This document shows, in pieces, positions 26,843 to 39,762 of a stretch of 64,000 nt of DNA. How positions within the stretch are numbered: position 1 is the first letter of the stretch; every line of letters starts with the position of its first letter. A model generated the notes under the pieces. The model searched no databases. It worked only from the letters and a program-made list of their open reading frames with translations, and was not told where the DNA came from. The stretch comes from Nemertoderma westbladi (lineage: Eukaryota; Animalia; Xenacoelomorpha): contig JAUCBJ010000448.1 in assembly GCA_032718475.1 (NCBI GenBank), positions 11,996-75,995 on the forward strand, read 5' to 3'. Made by a program: the position numbers and the translations under genes.

Positions 26843-27325
26843 GCCCCCATCCGTTTGCCCCCCCCCCCCCTCCCCCTCTCAAGTTGAATAGTTGTTTATA
26901 CTTTGTAATCCTACACCCCCCCCCCTCCCCCCACTCCCATCCGGTTCCCCCCTCCCCCCATGCCACCATCCGGTCCCCCCCTCCCCTACGCCACCATCTG
27001 GTCCCCCCCCCCCCTCTCAAGTTGAATATTTGTTTATAATGTGTAACGCGAACCTTCCCATACACTTTGTAATCCCCCCCCCCCCCCCGCGCCCCCATTC
27101 GGTTGTTAATTAAGATAAACTGGTTGAACATGGCTATTTGCTCACGATTGTCAATCGTTATCCCGCTAATTGGTTGTACTGTCACATTCGTCCGACTAAA
27201 GAAATACATACACCAAACATCATATAATAATTTGTTTTTAATGTATGTACATATACATTCTGTTGGTGTATGTATAATGATGAATGCTGAGCTGAGTACG
27301 GAACCTGCCATATATAATTAGCATT

Positions 27326-27341
27326 AGTCCTGAAAAGGACT
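27326..27341 (-). promoter_or_regulatory. Histone-mRNA-like 3' stem-loop downstream of the SGNH ORF
   Basis: The minus strand reads accaaaac-AGTCCT-TTTC-AGGACT-aat, a 6-bp stem with a TTTC loop, 58 nt after the stop codon. Confidence 0.5.
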
Positions 27342-27399
27342 GTTTTGGTTGTAAATTTTGAAGGTCCATAGATAGATAGTTAGTTATGTAGTTAGTTAG

Positions 27400-28026
27400 T
27401 TAGTTAGACATGAGAGTTGTAGTTTGCTTCAAGGCGAAGAAGAGTTTCCTTTCAGCATTAGCGTTTAGATGTATTCGGTCAGATTTTAATAAAGAATGTT
27501 CGGGTGCAACCAAACCCCGAATAGCTAAGGTTGACCCGAACCCGCTGTCTTTAAACCAAGTTCTCATTCGCTCGTTTAAGACTTGCCAACGTTCGTTATG
27601 GTTTGGGGGGCACTTACCGAACCTTGGAAAAGCTTCCAACCACACAATCTTTGATCCTGTAACAGTGTGGAATGCAGTGATGGCGGTCTGCAACTGTTCG
27701 TGAACTTCCACACTGTTACAGAGATCATTGCCCCCCATACAGATGAATGATATGCATGGTTTAAGGACAGCGGAACTACTGTACGTATTAATTACTAGGG
27801 GGAAATCCTTTAGTGTACGTATGTATTTATTGTTAGGAAAGTAATAGTTTATGTTAGCGGTAGGAGATAGTTCAGCAATATTGTAGTTTGTAGTAAAACG
27901 ACGGAAATGGGAGTCACCCGTAAGTAGTATCTCATGTGTAGTGTGGTTAGAAGTGCAGTGTATAGCGTCTAGATCTAGATAATTAACATTAGATAGGTAG
28001 GGAGTTTGTTTATGTGTATGAGGCAT
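27400..28026 (-). CDS. SGNH/GDSL-family hydrolase (esterase-like), 208 aa, carried inside the large element
   Basis: Block I LLTGDSH, block III GGND and block V DRIH (D-x-x-H) occur in the correct order and spacing. The block II Gly is not evident. The true start could involve upstream exons. Confidence 0.82.
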   Translation of the reverse strand: MPHTHKQTPYLSNVNYLDLDAIHCTSNHTTHEILLTGDSHFRRFTTNYNIAELSPTANINYYFPNNKYIRTLKDFPLVINTYSSSAVLKPCISFICMGGNDLCNSVEVHEQLQTAITAFHTVTGSKIVWLEAFPRFGKCPPNHNERWQVLNERMRTWFKDSGFGSTLAIRGLVAPEHSLLKSDRIHLNANAERKLFFALKQTTTLMSN

Positions 28027-28764
28027 CGTGTTGAATTAGTAAGGTCCAACCAAGTGTTATGTATAATTAGAATTTTAGTTAGATTTAGATAGAGTTCCTC
28101 AGAAATTTTATCACACAACATTTATCCCCAGATAAATGCTCTAACGATAAACTTGTATTCCTACACTATATATATGTGATGTAGACAAGGGATAATTCAT
28201 GTGTTTATGTTAGTGGGAAAAGTGTTGATTCAATTCGAAGCAACCTCACTAAACTTCAACCAAAGTTAAAACCCATAAAATATTATCTTGGCGCCAATAG
28301 TCTGTATCGAGTACCTGATCAGCTCTTACTTGTCAAACAATTTGCAACTAATTACAGTATAATAGATCAGTGTTGATATTTTGGCGACAGAAAGTCTGTA
28401 TCAACATTCCGTTCTCAGCATAGCTTTAGACTAACTTTAATCTTGTTTGACCAAGTATTCGCAGACTCCATTTCTCCATTAATTACAGTGTTACACAACT
28501 TTAACATGGGTTAAGTTTCCACAGTTAAGGACCTAACCAGTATGGTGGTGGCTCATGGAGGCCAAACAACTGAAAAATAATAAATCGCATCAACAAGTAA
28601 ATCACGAAATTTAGCATGTGTTACCCATAACTCCCATCCATCCTGTTCATTGATTTGGTTAGTGGCAATTTCGCCCTCGTCTATAATACCAGGTGTTAAC
28701 TTTTCAGTCCAAACATAATGTAATTTAAAATATGAAGAATGTATTTTAATGATTTTACAGTACA

Positions 28765-30178
28765 GCCACACACCACGTCACACGCCACGGCACACGCCAC
28801 GCTACACGCTATGCCACACGCAACGCCACACCACACCACACGCCACGCCACATGCCATGCCACGCCACGCCACACCACACGCCATGCCACACGCTATGCC
28901 AAACGCCATGCCACACGTCACATGCAACACCACACGCCACGCCACACACCACGCCACACGCCACGAAACCCACCACGCCAAACGCCATGCCACACGCAAC
29001 GCCATGCCACACGCCACGCCACACACCACGTCACACGCCACGGCACACGCCACGCCACACGCAACGCCACACGCCACGCCACACCACACGCAACTCCACA
29101 TGCCACGCCACGCCACACGCCATGCCACACGTCATGCCACACGCCATGCCACACGTCACATGCAACACAACACGCCACGCCACACACCACGCCACACGCC
29201 ACGAAACCCACAACGCCACATGCCATGCCGCACGCCATGCCACACGCAACGCCACACGCCACGCCACACACCATGTCACACGCCACGGCACACGCCACGC
29301 CACACGCTACGCCACATGCCACGCCACACCACACGCCACTCCACATGCCACGCCACGCAACACCACACACCATGCCACACGCCATGCCACACGCCATGCC
29401 ACACGCCATGCCACATGCCATGCCACACGTCACATGCAACACCACACGCCACGCCACACACCACGCCACACGCCACGAAACCCACCACGCCACATGCCTT
29501 GCCGCACGCCATGCCACACGCAACGCCACACGCCACGCCACACACAATGTCACACGCCACGGCACACGCCACGCCGCACGCTACGCCACATGCCACGCCA
29601 CACCACACGCCACACGCAACTCCACATGCCACGCCACGCCACACCACACACCATGCCACACGCCATGCCACACGCCATGCCACACGTCACATGCAACACC
29701 ACACGCCACGCGCTACACACCACGCCACGCCACACGCCATGCCACACGCCATGCCACACGCCATGCCACACGTCACATGCAACACCACACGCCACGCCAC
29801 ACACCACGCCACACGCAACGAAACCCACCACGCCACACGCCATTGCCACACGCCATGCCACACGCCATGCCACACGCCATGCCACACGCAACGCCACACC
29901 ACACGCCACGCCACAAACCACGTCACACGCCACGGCACACGCCACGCCACACGCTACGCCACATGCCACGCCACACCACACGCAACACGCAACGCCACAT
30001 GCCACGCCACGCCATGCCACACATCACATGCAACACTACATGTCACGCCACACACTACGCCACACGCCACGAAATCCACCACGCCACACGCCACGCCTCA
30101 CACCACGCCACACGCCACGCCACACACAACGCCACACGCCATGCCACACACAACGCCACACGACACGCCACGCCCCAC
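28765..30178. repeat. CA-rich degenerate pentamer satellite (CACGC/CACAC/CATGC) with higher-order duplication
   Basis: Directly visible. Open in all three + frames only because T is scarce. Confidence 0.93.
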
Positions 30179-31933
30179 AATTTAATATTTCAGAAGAAGT
30201 AATACGATTAATTATTATTAAAGAATGATTTATATTAATATCTTACTGCATATAATTTATCATGTATATCATTAATTCATTATCATACATTATCAATATC
30301 AATATCAGTACCGTACCTACCTGCCATTCTATTTTTAACCCACTTAGAACCACCCACAATGAATGTTTATAATATTATAAATTATTATTTGCCAGTAAAA
30401 CACAGACAGGATTTAATTTGCCTTTAGCTAAGACATGGGAAGTAGCCTAACGCACGTGCACAGAGTTCGTTCAACTAATGTGGTTCTAAGAAATTTTCCA
30501 TGTGAAAGCTCTCACCTTTTGAACTCTTACTCGTTCTCTCACACGGCCAGCATGTCTACCTCGTCACCCATTGGATGATAGCAGGAAGAGGTGTACAGGT
30601 GGCTTCTATATAAGCAAGTTAGCAGGCAACAACTATGTGGAATTTCAACTGAAATACCGTTCGTTTCATTCTGTTCTTGCTAACTGAACTTAGTTTGCTA
30701 CGTACCGGTAGTTTTTTTTATTTAATTTTTATTGCTTGCATCCATACCAGCAGACCGATACTGTTTCTTGGTAGCCTCTAGCATTGAGTAGGCCTATAGC
30801 ATATGTTATGGCATTTTATAATACGGTACCGGTATTTACTAGTACTGAAGGCCTACTTGTACTATGATTAATAGGCCTACTGTAATAATTTAATGCATAC
30901 ACTACACTACACTACCAACAGGACCAATTCCAATGTAGGCCTAGCTTTGGGAAGTACCCTACTGAACTATTACACTGTTACAGTACAGCAGTATACAGTA
31001 TCAATGCAGCAATGTCAAAATGCAAAGCTGTAGGCCTAGGCTTCCTGTACGCTGTACCTACCTAGGTTGCTATAATTTATCACTTTCTTTTTGAATGTGG
31101 AAGGGAAAAAGTGTTATTTTTTAGTGTACCGTAGTCCCACTTAGTTGCTTAGTGCTTGAATGGTTGAATTCAATTTATTCATTCAGGGCTTAAGCCAGCC
31201 AGCAGCCCTAATTCTGTAATAACCGGTACAATAGCCTACCGGTACCGGGTACTTTCTATGTTTATTATTTAGGCTTGATTGATTGCGATTGATTGATATT
31301 GATTGCGATTATTATTATTATTATTATTATTGGATATTATATTATTATTTATTTACGTGGTTGCGATAGCTGAAACTAACTCGAAGCTTTGGTGGATTGC
31401 CATCGATTTTCTTGGCTTCTTCTTCCGGTTCTGTGGAAGCTATTGCGACTTAACTTTTTTATTGTTTTATTTTATCGCTGTGCGTCGTGGAACACTAAAC
31501 GTTTGACCGTTCATTTGCTTCATTCACCAGGTTAGTCAATAAATCCCAAACTGCCAACACAGGCCTATCTGTAACGGACAACGGCAGCGTAGCCCATAGT
31601 CAGCCCACAGTCAGATAGTAGTAGCATAGGCCTGGATATGAAGTACCGGTTGGCGAATCTTATTTTTCTGGTATAGGGCTTTAATATATTATTAAATAAA
31701 TGAATTGTAGTAGAATATAGTGTGCGCTTTCTCATTTTTTTCATTTCTGAACTACCGGTATTTATTGGTTCTACAATATCATTCATATATTATGTCTGTT
31801 ATTGTTAAAAATTTGTATTGACATGTCCAAGTCTTTAACACTATTTATATTCACCATTTTAATATTACAGCTCAACTACCTTTTATATTAGCCTACTTGG
31901 TGGTCTCCCTTAATGTCTGTATTTTCTTTTAGA

Positions 31934-32119
31934 ATGGGTAAATCTAGAATACGAAAAAACGTGTGTTCGTACTGCCATGGCCAAGTACCTCCGACACGCC
32001 ACACTAAGGCTACGTGCCGCGTTCGTAGGGAACACCGAGCGTTGGGGATCTTTGAGGATACCATTGAGGAGGGGATTGGGATGGAAGCTCGGATCCGGCT
32101 TAGCCTTCAACAGGAGCGG
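31934..32119 (+). CDS. Predicted first coding exon of the RepHel gene (62 aa, basic N-terminus and CCHC zinc-knuckle-like motif)
   Basis: ATG 31934 follows an acceptor-like ttttcttttag (to 31932). It encodes MGKSRIRKNVCSYCHGQVPPTRHTKATC... (C-x2-C-x8-H-x4-C) and ends at a perfect phase-0 donor CGG|gtaagt (32120), which is frame-compatible with the exon at 39159. Confidence 0.7.
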
Positions 32120-32139
32120 GTAAGTTAACCGATATACCG

Positions 32140-32300
32140 ATAATTTGTATACTATTTGTACGCCCCCCCCCCCCCCCCAGCCGTGTCAATTTGTATTCTA
32201 TTTGTACACCCCCCCCCCCCCCAGCCGTGTCAATTTGTATTCTATTTGTACACCCCCCCCCCCCCCCCAGCCGTGTCAATTTGTATACTATTTGTACACC
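32140..32300. repeat. Short tandem repeat with poly-C (agccgtgtcaatttgtattctatttgtaca-Cn), 3-4 copies, at the start of intron 1
   Basis: Directly visible. Confidence 0.8.
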
Positions 32301-32310
32301 GCATACATCG

Positions 32311-35300
32311 CGTAACATGCCGCGGTTGCAGTAATTTATTAAGTGTGTATAATAATTTATTAAGTGCGTAACATGCCGCGGTTGCAGTAATTTATTAAGT
32401 GCGTATAATAATTTATTAAGTGCGTAACATGCCGCGGTTGCAGTAATTTATTAAGTGTGTATAATAATTTATTAAGTGCGTAACATGCCGCGGTTGCAGT
32501 AATTTATTAAGTGCGTAAAATGCCGCGGTTGCAGTAATTTATTAAGTGTGTATAATAATTTATTAAGTGCGTAACATGCCGCGGTTGCAGTAATTTATTA
32601 AGTGTGTATAATAATTTATTAAGTGCGTAACATGCCGCGGTTGCAGTAATTTATTAAGTGCGTAAAATGCCGCGGTTGCAGTAATTTATTAAGTGTGTAT
32701 AATAATTTATTAAGTGCGTAACATGCCGCGGTTGCAGTAATTTATTAAGTGTGTATAATAATTTATTAAGTGCGTAACATGCCGCGGTTGCAGTAATTTA
32801 TTAAGTGCGTAAAATGCCGCGGTTGCAGTAATTTATTAAGTGTGTATAATAATTTATTAAGTGCGTAACATGCCGCGGTTGCAGTAATTTATTAAGTGTG
32901 TATAATAATTTATTAAGTGCGTAACATGCCGCGGTTGCAGTAATTTATTAAGTGTGTATAATAATTTATTAAGTGCGTAAAATGCCGCGGTTGCAGTAAT
33001 TTATTAAGTGTGTATAATAATTTATTAAGTGCGTAACATGCCGCGGTTGCAGTAATTTATTAAGTGTGTATAATAATTTATTAAGTGCGTAACATGCCGC
33101 GGTTGCAGTAATTTATTAAGTGTGTATAATAATTTATTAAGTGCGTAACATGCCGCGGTTGCAGTAATTTATTAAGTGTGTATAATAATTTATTAAGTGC
33201 GTAAAATGCCGCGGTTGCAGTAATTTATTAAGTGTGTATAATAATTTATTAAGTGCGTAACATGCCGCGGTTGCAGTAATTTATTAAGTGCGTAAAATGC
33301 CGCGGTTGCAGTAATTTATTAAGTGTGTATAATAATTTATTAAGTGCGTAACATGCCGTGGTTGTAGTAATTCATTAAGTGTGTATAATAATTCATTAAG
33401 TGCGTAACATGCCGCGGTTGCAGTAATTTATTAAGTGTGTATAATAATTTATTAAGTGCGTAACATGCCGCGGTTGCAGTAATTTATTAAGTGCGTAAAA
33501 TGCCGCGGTTGCAGTAATTTATTAAGTGTGTATAATAATTTATTAAGTGCGTAACATGCCGCGGTTGCAGTAATTTATTAAGTGTGTATAATAATTTATT
33601 AAGTGCGTAACATGCCGCGGTTGCAGTAATTTATTAAGTGCGTAAAATGCCGCGGTTGCAGTAATTTATTAAGTGTGTATAATAATTTATTAAGTGCGTA
33701 ACATGCCGCGGTTGCAGTAATTTATTAAGTGTGTATAATAATTTATTAAGTGCGTAACATGCCGTGGTTGTAGTAATTCATTAAGTGTGTATAATAATTC
33801 ATTAAGTGCGTAACATGCCGCGGTTGCAGTAATTTATTAAGTGTGTATAATAATTTATTAAGTGCGTAACATGCCGCGGTTGCAGTAATTTATTAAGTGC
33901 GTAAAATGCCGCGGTTGCAGTAATTTATTAAGTGTGTATAATAATTTATTAAGTGCGTAACATGCCGCGGTTGCAGTAATTTATTAAGTGTGTATAATAA
34001 TTTATTAAGTGCGTAACATGCCGCGGTTGCAGTAATTTATTAAGTGCGTAAAATGCCGCGGTTGCAGTAATTTATTAAGTGTGTATAATAATTTATTAAG
34101 TGCGTAACATGCCGCGGTTGCAGTAATTTATTAAGTGTGTATAATAATTTATTAAGTGCGTAACATGCCGCGGTTGCAGTAATTTATTAAGTGCGTAAAA
34201 TGCCGCGGTTGCAGTAATTTATTAAGTGTGTATAATAATTTATTAAGTGCGTAACATGCCGCGGTTGCAGTAATTTATTAAGTGTGTATAATAATTTATT
34301 AAGTGCGTAACATGCCGCGGTTGCAGTAATTTATTAAGTGTGTATAATAATTTATTAAGTGCGTAACATGCCGCGGTTGCAGTAATTTATTAAGTGTGTA
34401 TAATAATTTATTAAGTGCGTAACATGCCGCGGTTGCAGTAATTTATTAAGTGTGTATAATAATTTATTAAGTGCGTAACATGCCGCGGTTGCAGTAATTT
34501 ATTAAGTGCGTAAAATGCCGCGGTTGCAGTAATTTATTAAGTGTGTATAATAATTTATTAAGTGCGTAACATGCCGTGGTTGTAGTAATTCATTAAGTGT
34601 GTATAATAATTCATTAAGTGCGTAACATGCCGCGGTTGCAGTAATTTATTAAGTGTGTATAATAATTTATTAAGTGCGTAACATGCCGCGGTTGCAGTAA
34701 TTTATTAAGTGCGTAAAATGCCGCGGTTGCAGTAATTTATTAAGTGTGTATAATAATTTATTAAGTGCGTAACATGCCGCGGTTGCAGTAATTTATTAAG
34801 TGTGTATAATAATTTATTAAGTGCGTAACATGCCGCGGTTGCAGTAATTTATTAAGTGCGTAAAATGCCGCGGTTGCAGTAATTTATTAAGTGTGTATAA
34901 TAATTTATTAAGTGCTGCGTAACATGCCGCGGTTGTAGTAATTCATTAAGTGTGTATAATAATTCATTAAGTGCGTAACATGCCGTGGTTGTAGTAATTC
35001 ATTAAGTGCGTAACATGCCGCGGTTGTAGTAATTCATTAAGTGTGTATAATAATTCATTAAGTGCGTAACATGCCGTGGTTGTAGTAATTCATTAAGTGC
35101 GTAACATGCCGCGGTTGCAGTAATTTATTAAGTGTGTATAATAATTTATTAAGTGCGTAACATGCCGCGGTTGCAGTAATTTATTAAGTGTGTATAATAA
35201 TTCATTAAGTGCTTAACATGCCGCGGTTGTAGTAATTCATTAAGTGTGTATAATAATTCATTAAGTGCGTAACATGCCGCGGTTGTAGTAATTCATTAAG

Positions 35301-38300
35301 TGCGTAACATGCCGCGGTTGTAGTAATTCATTAAGTGTGTATAATAATTCATTAAGTGCTTAACATGCCGCAGTTGTAGTAATTCATTAAGTGTGTATAA
35401 TAATTCATTAAGTGCGTAACATGCCGTGGTTGTAGTAATTCATTAAGTGCTTAACATGCCGTGGTTGTAGTAATTCATTAAGTGTGTATAATAATTCATT
35501 AAGTGCGTAACATGCCGCGGTTGCAGTAATTTATTAAGTGTGTATAATAATTTATTAAGTGCGTAACATGCCGCGGTTGCAGTAATTTATTAAGTGCGTA
35601 AAATGCCGCGGTTGCAGTAATTTATTAAGTGTGTATAATAATTTATTAAGTGCGTAACATGCCGCGGTTGCAGTAATTTATTAAGTGTGTATAATAATTT
35701 ATTAAGTGCGTAACATGCCGCGGTTGCAGTAATTTATTAAGTGCGTATAATAATTTATTAAGTGCGTAACATGCCGCGGTTGCAGTAATTTATTAAGTGC
35801 GTAAAATGCCGCGGTTGCAGTAATTTATTAAGTGTGTATAATAATTTATTAAGTGCGTAACATGCCGTGGTTGTAGTAATTCATTAAGTGTGTATAATAA
35901 TTCATTAAGTGCGTAACATGCCGCGGTTGCAGTAATTTATTAAGTGTGTATAATAATTTATTAAGTGCGTAACATGCCGCGGTTGCAGTAATTTATTAAG
36001 TGCGTAAAATGCCGCGGTTGCAGTAATTTATTAAGTGTGTATAATAATTTATTAAGTGCGTAACATGCCGCGGTTGCAGTAATTTATTAAGTGTGTATAA
36101 TAATTTATTAAGTGCGTAACATGCCGCGGTTGCAGTAATTTATTAAGTGCGTAAAATGCCGCGGTTGCAGTAATTTATTAAGTGTGTATAATAATTTATT
36201 AAGTGCGTAACATGCCGCGGTTGTAGTAATTCATTAAGTGTGTATAATAATTCATTAAGTGCGTAACATGCCGTGGTTGTAGTAATTCATTAAGTGCGTA
36301 ACATGCCGCGGTTGCAGTAATTTATTAAGTGTGTATAATAATTTATTAAGTGCGTAACATGCCGCGGTTGCAGTAATTTATTAAGTGTGTATAATAATTC
36401 ATTAAGTGCTTAACATGCCGCGGTTGTAGTAATTCATTAAGTGTGTATAATAATTCATTAAGTGCGTAACATGCCGCGGTTGTAGTAATTCATTAAGTGC
36501 GTAACATGCCGCGGTTGTAGTAATTCATTAAGTGTGTATAATAATTCATTAAGTGCTTAACATGCCGCAGTTGTAGTAATTCATTAAGTGTGTATAATAA
36601 TTCATTAAGTGCGTAACATGCCGCGGTTGTAGTAATTCATTAAGTGCGTAACATGCCGCGGTTGTAGTAATTCATTAAGTGTGTATAATAATTCATTAAG
36701 TGCTTAACATGCCGCAGTTGTAGTAATTCATTAAGTGTGTATAATAATTCATTAAGTGCGTAACATGCCGTGGTTGTAGTAATTCATTAAGTGCTTAACA
36801 TGCCGTGGTTGTAGTAATTCATTAAGTGTGTATAATAATTCATTAAGTGCGTAACATGCCGCGGTTGCAGTAATTTATTAAGTGTGTATAATAATTTATT
36901 AAGTGCGTAACATGCCGCGGTTGCAGTAATTTATTAAGTGCGTAAAATGCCGCGGTTGCAGTAATTTATTAAGTGTGTATAATAATTTATTAAGTGCGTA
37001 ACATGCCGCGGTTGCAGTAATTTATTAAGTGTGTATAATAATTTATTAAGTGCGTAACATGCCGCGGTTGCAGTAATTTATTAAGTGCGTATAATAATTT
37101 ATTAAGTGCGTAACATGCCGCGGTTGCAGTAATTTATTAAGTGCGTAAAATGCCGCGGTTGCAGTAATTTATTAAGTGTGTATAATAATTTATTAAGTGC
37201 GTAACATGCCGTGGTTGTAGTAATTCATTAAGTGTGTATAATAATTCATTAAGTGCGTAACATGCCGCGGTTGCAGTAATTTATTAAGTGTGTATAATAA
37301 TTTATTAAGTGCGTAACATGCCGCGGTTGCAGTAATTTATTAAGTGCGTAAAATGCCGCGGTTGCAGTAATTTATTAAGTGTGTATAATAATTTATTAAG
37401 TGCGTAACATGCCGCGGTTGCAGTAATTTATTAAGTGTGTATAATAATTTATTAAGTGCGTAACATGCCGCGGTTGCAGTAATTTATTAAGTGCGTAAAA
37501 TGCCGCGGTTGCAGTAATTTATTAAGTGTGTATAATAATTTATTAAGTGCGTAACATGCCGCGGTTGTAGTAATTCATTAAGTGTGTATAATAATTCATT
37601 AAGTGCGTAACATGCCGTGGTTGTAGTAATTCATTAAGTGCGTAACATGCCGCGGTTGCAGTAATTTATTAAGTGTGTATAATAATTTATTAAGTGCGTA
37701 ACATGCCGCGGTTGCAGTAATTTATTAAGTGTGTATAATAATTCATTAAGTGCTTAACATGCCGCGGTTGTAGTAATTCATTAAGTGCTTAACATACCGC
37801 GGTTGTAGTAATTCATTAAGTGTGTATAATAATTCATTAAGTGCGTAACATGATGCGGTTGTAGTAATTCATTAAGTGCTTAACATACCGCGGTTGTAGT
37901 AATTCATTAAGTGTGTATAATAATTCATTAAGTGCGTAACATGCTGCGGTTGTAGTAATTCATTAAGTGTGTATAATAATTCATTAAGTGCGTAACATAC
38001 CGCGGTTGTAGTAATTCATTAAGTGTGTATAATAATTTATTAAGTGCTTAACATACCGCGGTTGTAGTAATTCATTAAGTGTGTATAATAATTTATTAAG
38101 TGCTTAACATACCGCGGTTGTAGTAATTCATTAAGTGTGTATAATAATTTATTAAGTGCGTAACATACCGCGGTTGTAGTAATTCATTAAGTGTGTATAA
38201 TAATTTAATAAGTGCTTAACATACCGCGGTTGTAGTAATTCATTAAGTGTGAATAATAATTTATTAAGTGCGTAACATACCGCGGTTGTAGTAATTCATT

Positions 38301-39098
38301 AAGTGTGTATAATAATTTATTAAGTGCTTAACATACCGCGGTTGTAGTAATTCATTAAGTGTGTATAATAATTTATTAAGTGCTTAACATACCGCGGTTG
38401 TAGTAATTCATTAAGTGTGTATAATAATTTATTAAGTGCTTAACATACCGCGGTTGTAGTAATTCATTAAGTGTGTATAATAATTTAATAAGTGCTTAAC
38501 ATGCTGCGGTTGTAGTAATTCATTAAGTGTGTATAATAATTTATTAAGTGCGTAACATACCGCGGTTGTAGTAATTCATTAAGTGTGTATAATAATTTAT
38601 TAAGTGCGTAACATACCGTGGTTGTAGTAATTCATTAACTGTGTATAATAATTTAATAAGTGCTTAACATACCGCGGTTGTAGTAATTCATTAAGTGTGT
38701 ATAATAATTTAATAAGTGCTTAACATGCTGCGGTTGTAGTAATTCATTAAGTGTGTATAATAATTTATTAAGTGCGTAACATACCGCGGTTGTAGTAATT
38801 CATTAAGTGTGAATAATAATTCATTAAGTGCGTAACATGCCGCGGTTGTAGTAATTCATTAAGTGTGTATAATAATTCATTAAGTGCGTAACATGCTGCG
38901 GTTGTAGTAATTCATTAAGTGCTTAACATACCGCGGTTGTAGTAATTCATTAAGTGTGAATAATAATTCATTAAGTGCTTAACATGTCGCGGTTGTAGTA
39001 ATTCATTAAGTGTGAATAATAATTCATTAAGTGCATAACATGCTGCGGTTGTAGTAATTAATTAAGTGTGTATAATAATTCATAAATTCATTAAGTGT
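32311..39098. repeat. ~6.8-kb 35/21-bp minisatellite (same family as 24701-26043) filling the predicted RepHel intron
   Basis: Directly visible and highly homogeneous, with variant blocks (gcagtaattta versus gtagtaattca; accgcgg near the 3' end). Confidence 0.95.
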
Positions 39099-39158
39099 GA
39101 ATTTACTTATGTATGTACATTGTACATATAGGTTATTATTGATAAATATTGTATATAG

Positions 39159-39473
39159 GAGAGAGTTGAGGATTCCAATAGGGCTGAAGCTTCAACTCAA
39201 CCCATGGATACTTCTGATGGAGGAGCCCCTAACCCTCCCATCTTCTCTCCTGCTGCTGGTGACGAGACATCCACCTCTGCCCCGTCCTCAGATCCTCTAA
39301 CCTCGGAATGTGGGGAAGAATCCTTTTCTGCCCACAACTTTCTCTCCACGTTTACATTGCAACCTGGAGAGCAAACCCCTCGCTTTACCCCCAAGCGTCC
39401 AATGCCTTACGTGATTCCATCATGTGTCATTGGCGGACCAAGGGGCGTAATCCGAGGGGCACGTCCTGTAACA
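39159..39473 (+). CDS. Predicted second coding exon of the RepHel gene (105 aa, Pro/Ser-rich linker)
   Basis: Acceptor gtatatag|GAG at 39158/39159 and donor ACA|gtgagt at 39473/39474. The exon is 315 nt with no stop and phase 0 at both ends. It is in frame with track ORF 39204-39524 and with exon 3 after an AT-rich 289-nt intron. Confidence 0.8.
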
Positions 39474-39762
39474 GTGAGTTTAATGTATTTCTATATATAT
39501 AATAAATATACAGTTGTCATATAGTTCCTATGTGTATCAGTGTATTAAATATAATCTAGACCAACTATATAGTTGTTTTTTAGATGTCATTGTGTTGTAC
39601 TTGTATCTATACGTTGTATAGGTTGTCTACGGTTTTAATATTTATGTACCATTCATATGGAATGTTGATTAATTAGTTTATAGTTTTAAATTAAAGTCAG
39701 ATTTGTACATAGATTTAAATAATTGTACTTCATTTTATATGGAATTTTTTTATTTTTTTTAG

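Noticed and set aside
26078-27100. Poly-C tracts as functional G-quadruplex sites and Gly-rich ORF 26820-27311
   Set aside because: Variable-length homopolymers with no further support; the ORF is low complexity.
28553-28771. 72-aa minus-strand ORF as a possible upstream exon of the SGNH gene
   Set aside because: I could not establish convincing splice sites or frame continuity.
28739-30228. 450-490 aa His/Thr/Pro/Arg-rich ORFs in three frames, plus reverse-strand ORFs
   Set aside because: Artefact of a T-poor pentamer satellite that lacks stop codons in every frame.
32311-39098. CRISPR-like appearance of 35-bp repeats
   Set aside because: No unique spacers and no cas genes, in a eukaryotic spliced context; it is a minisatellite.
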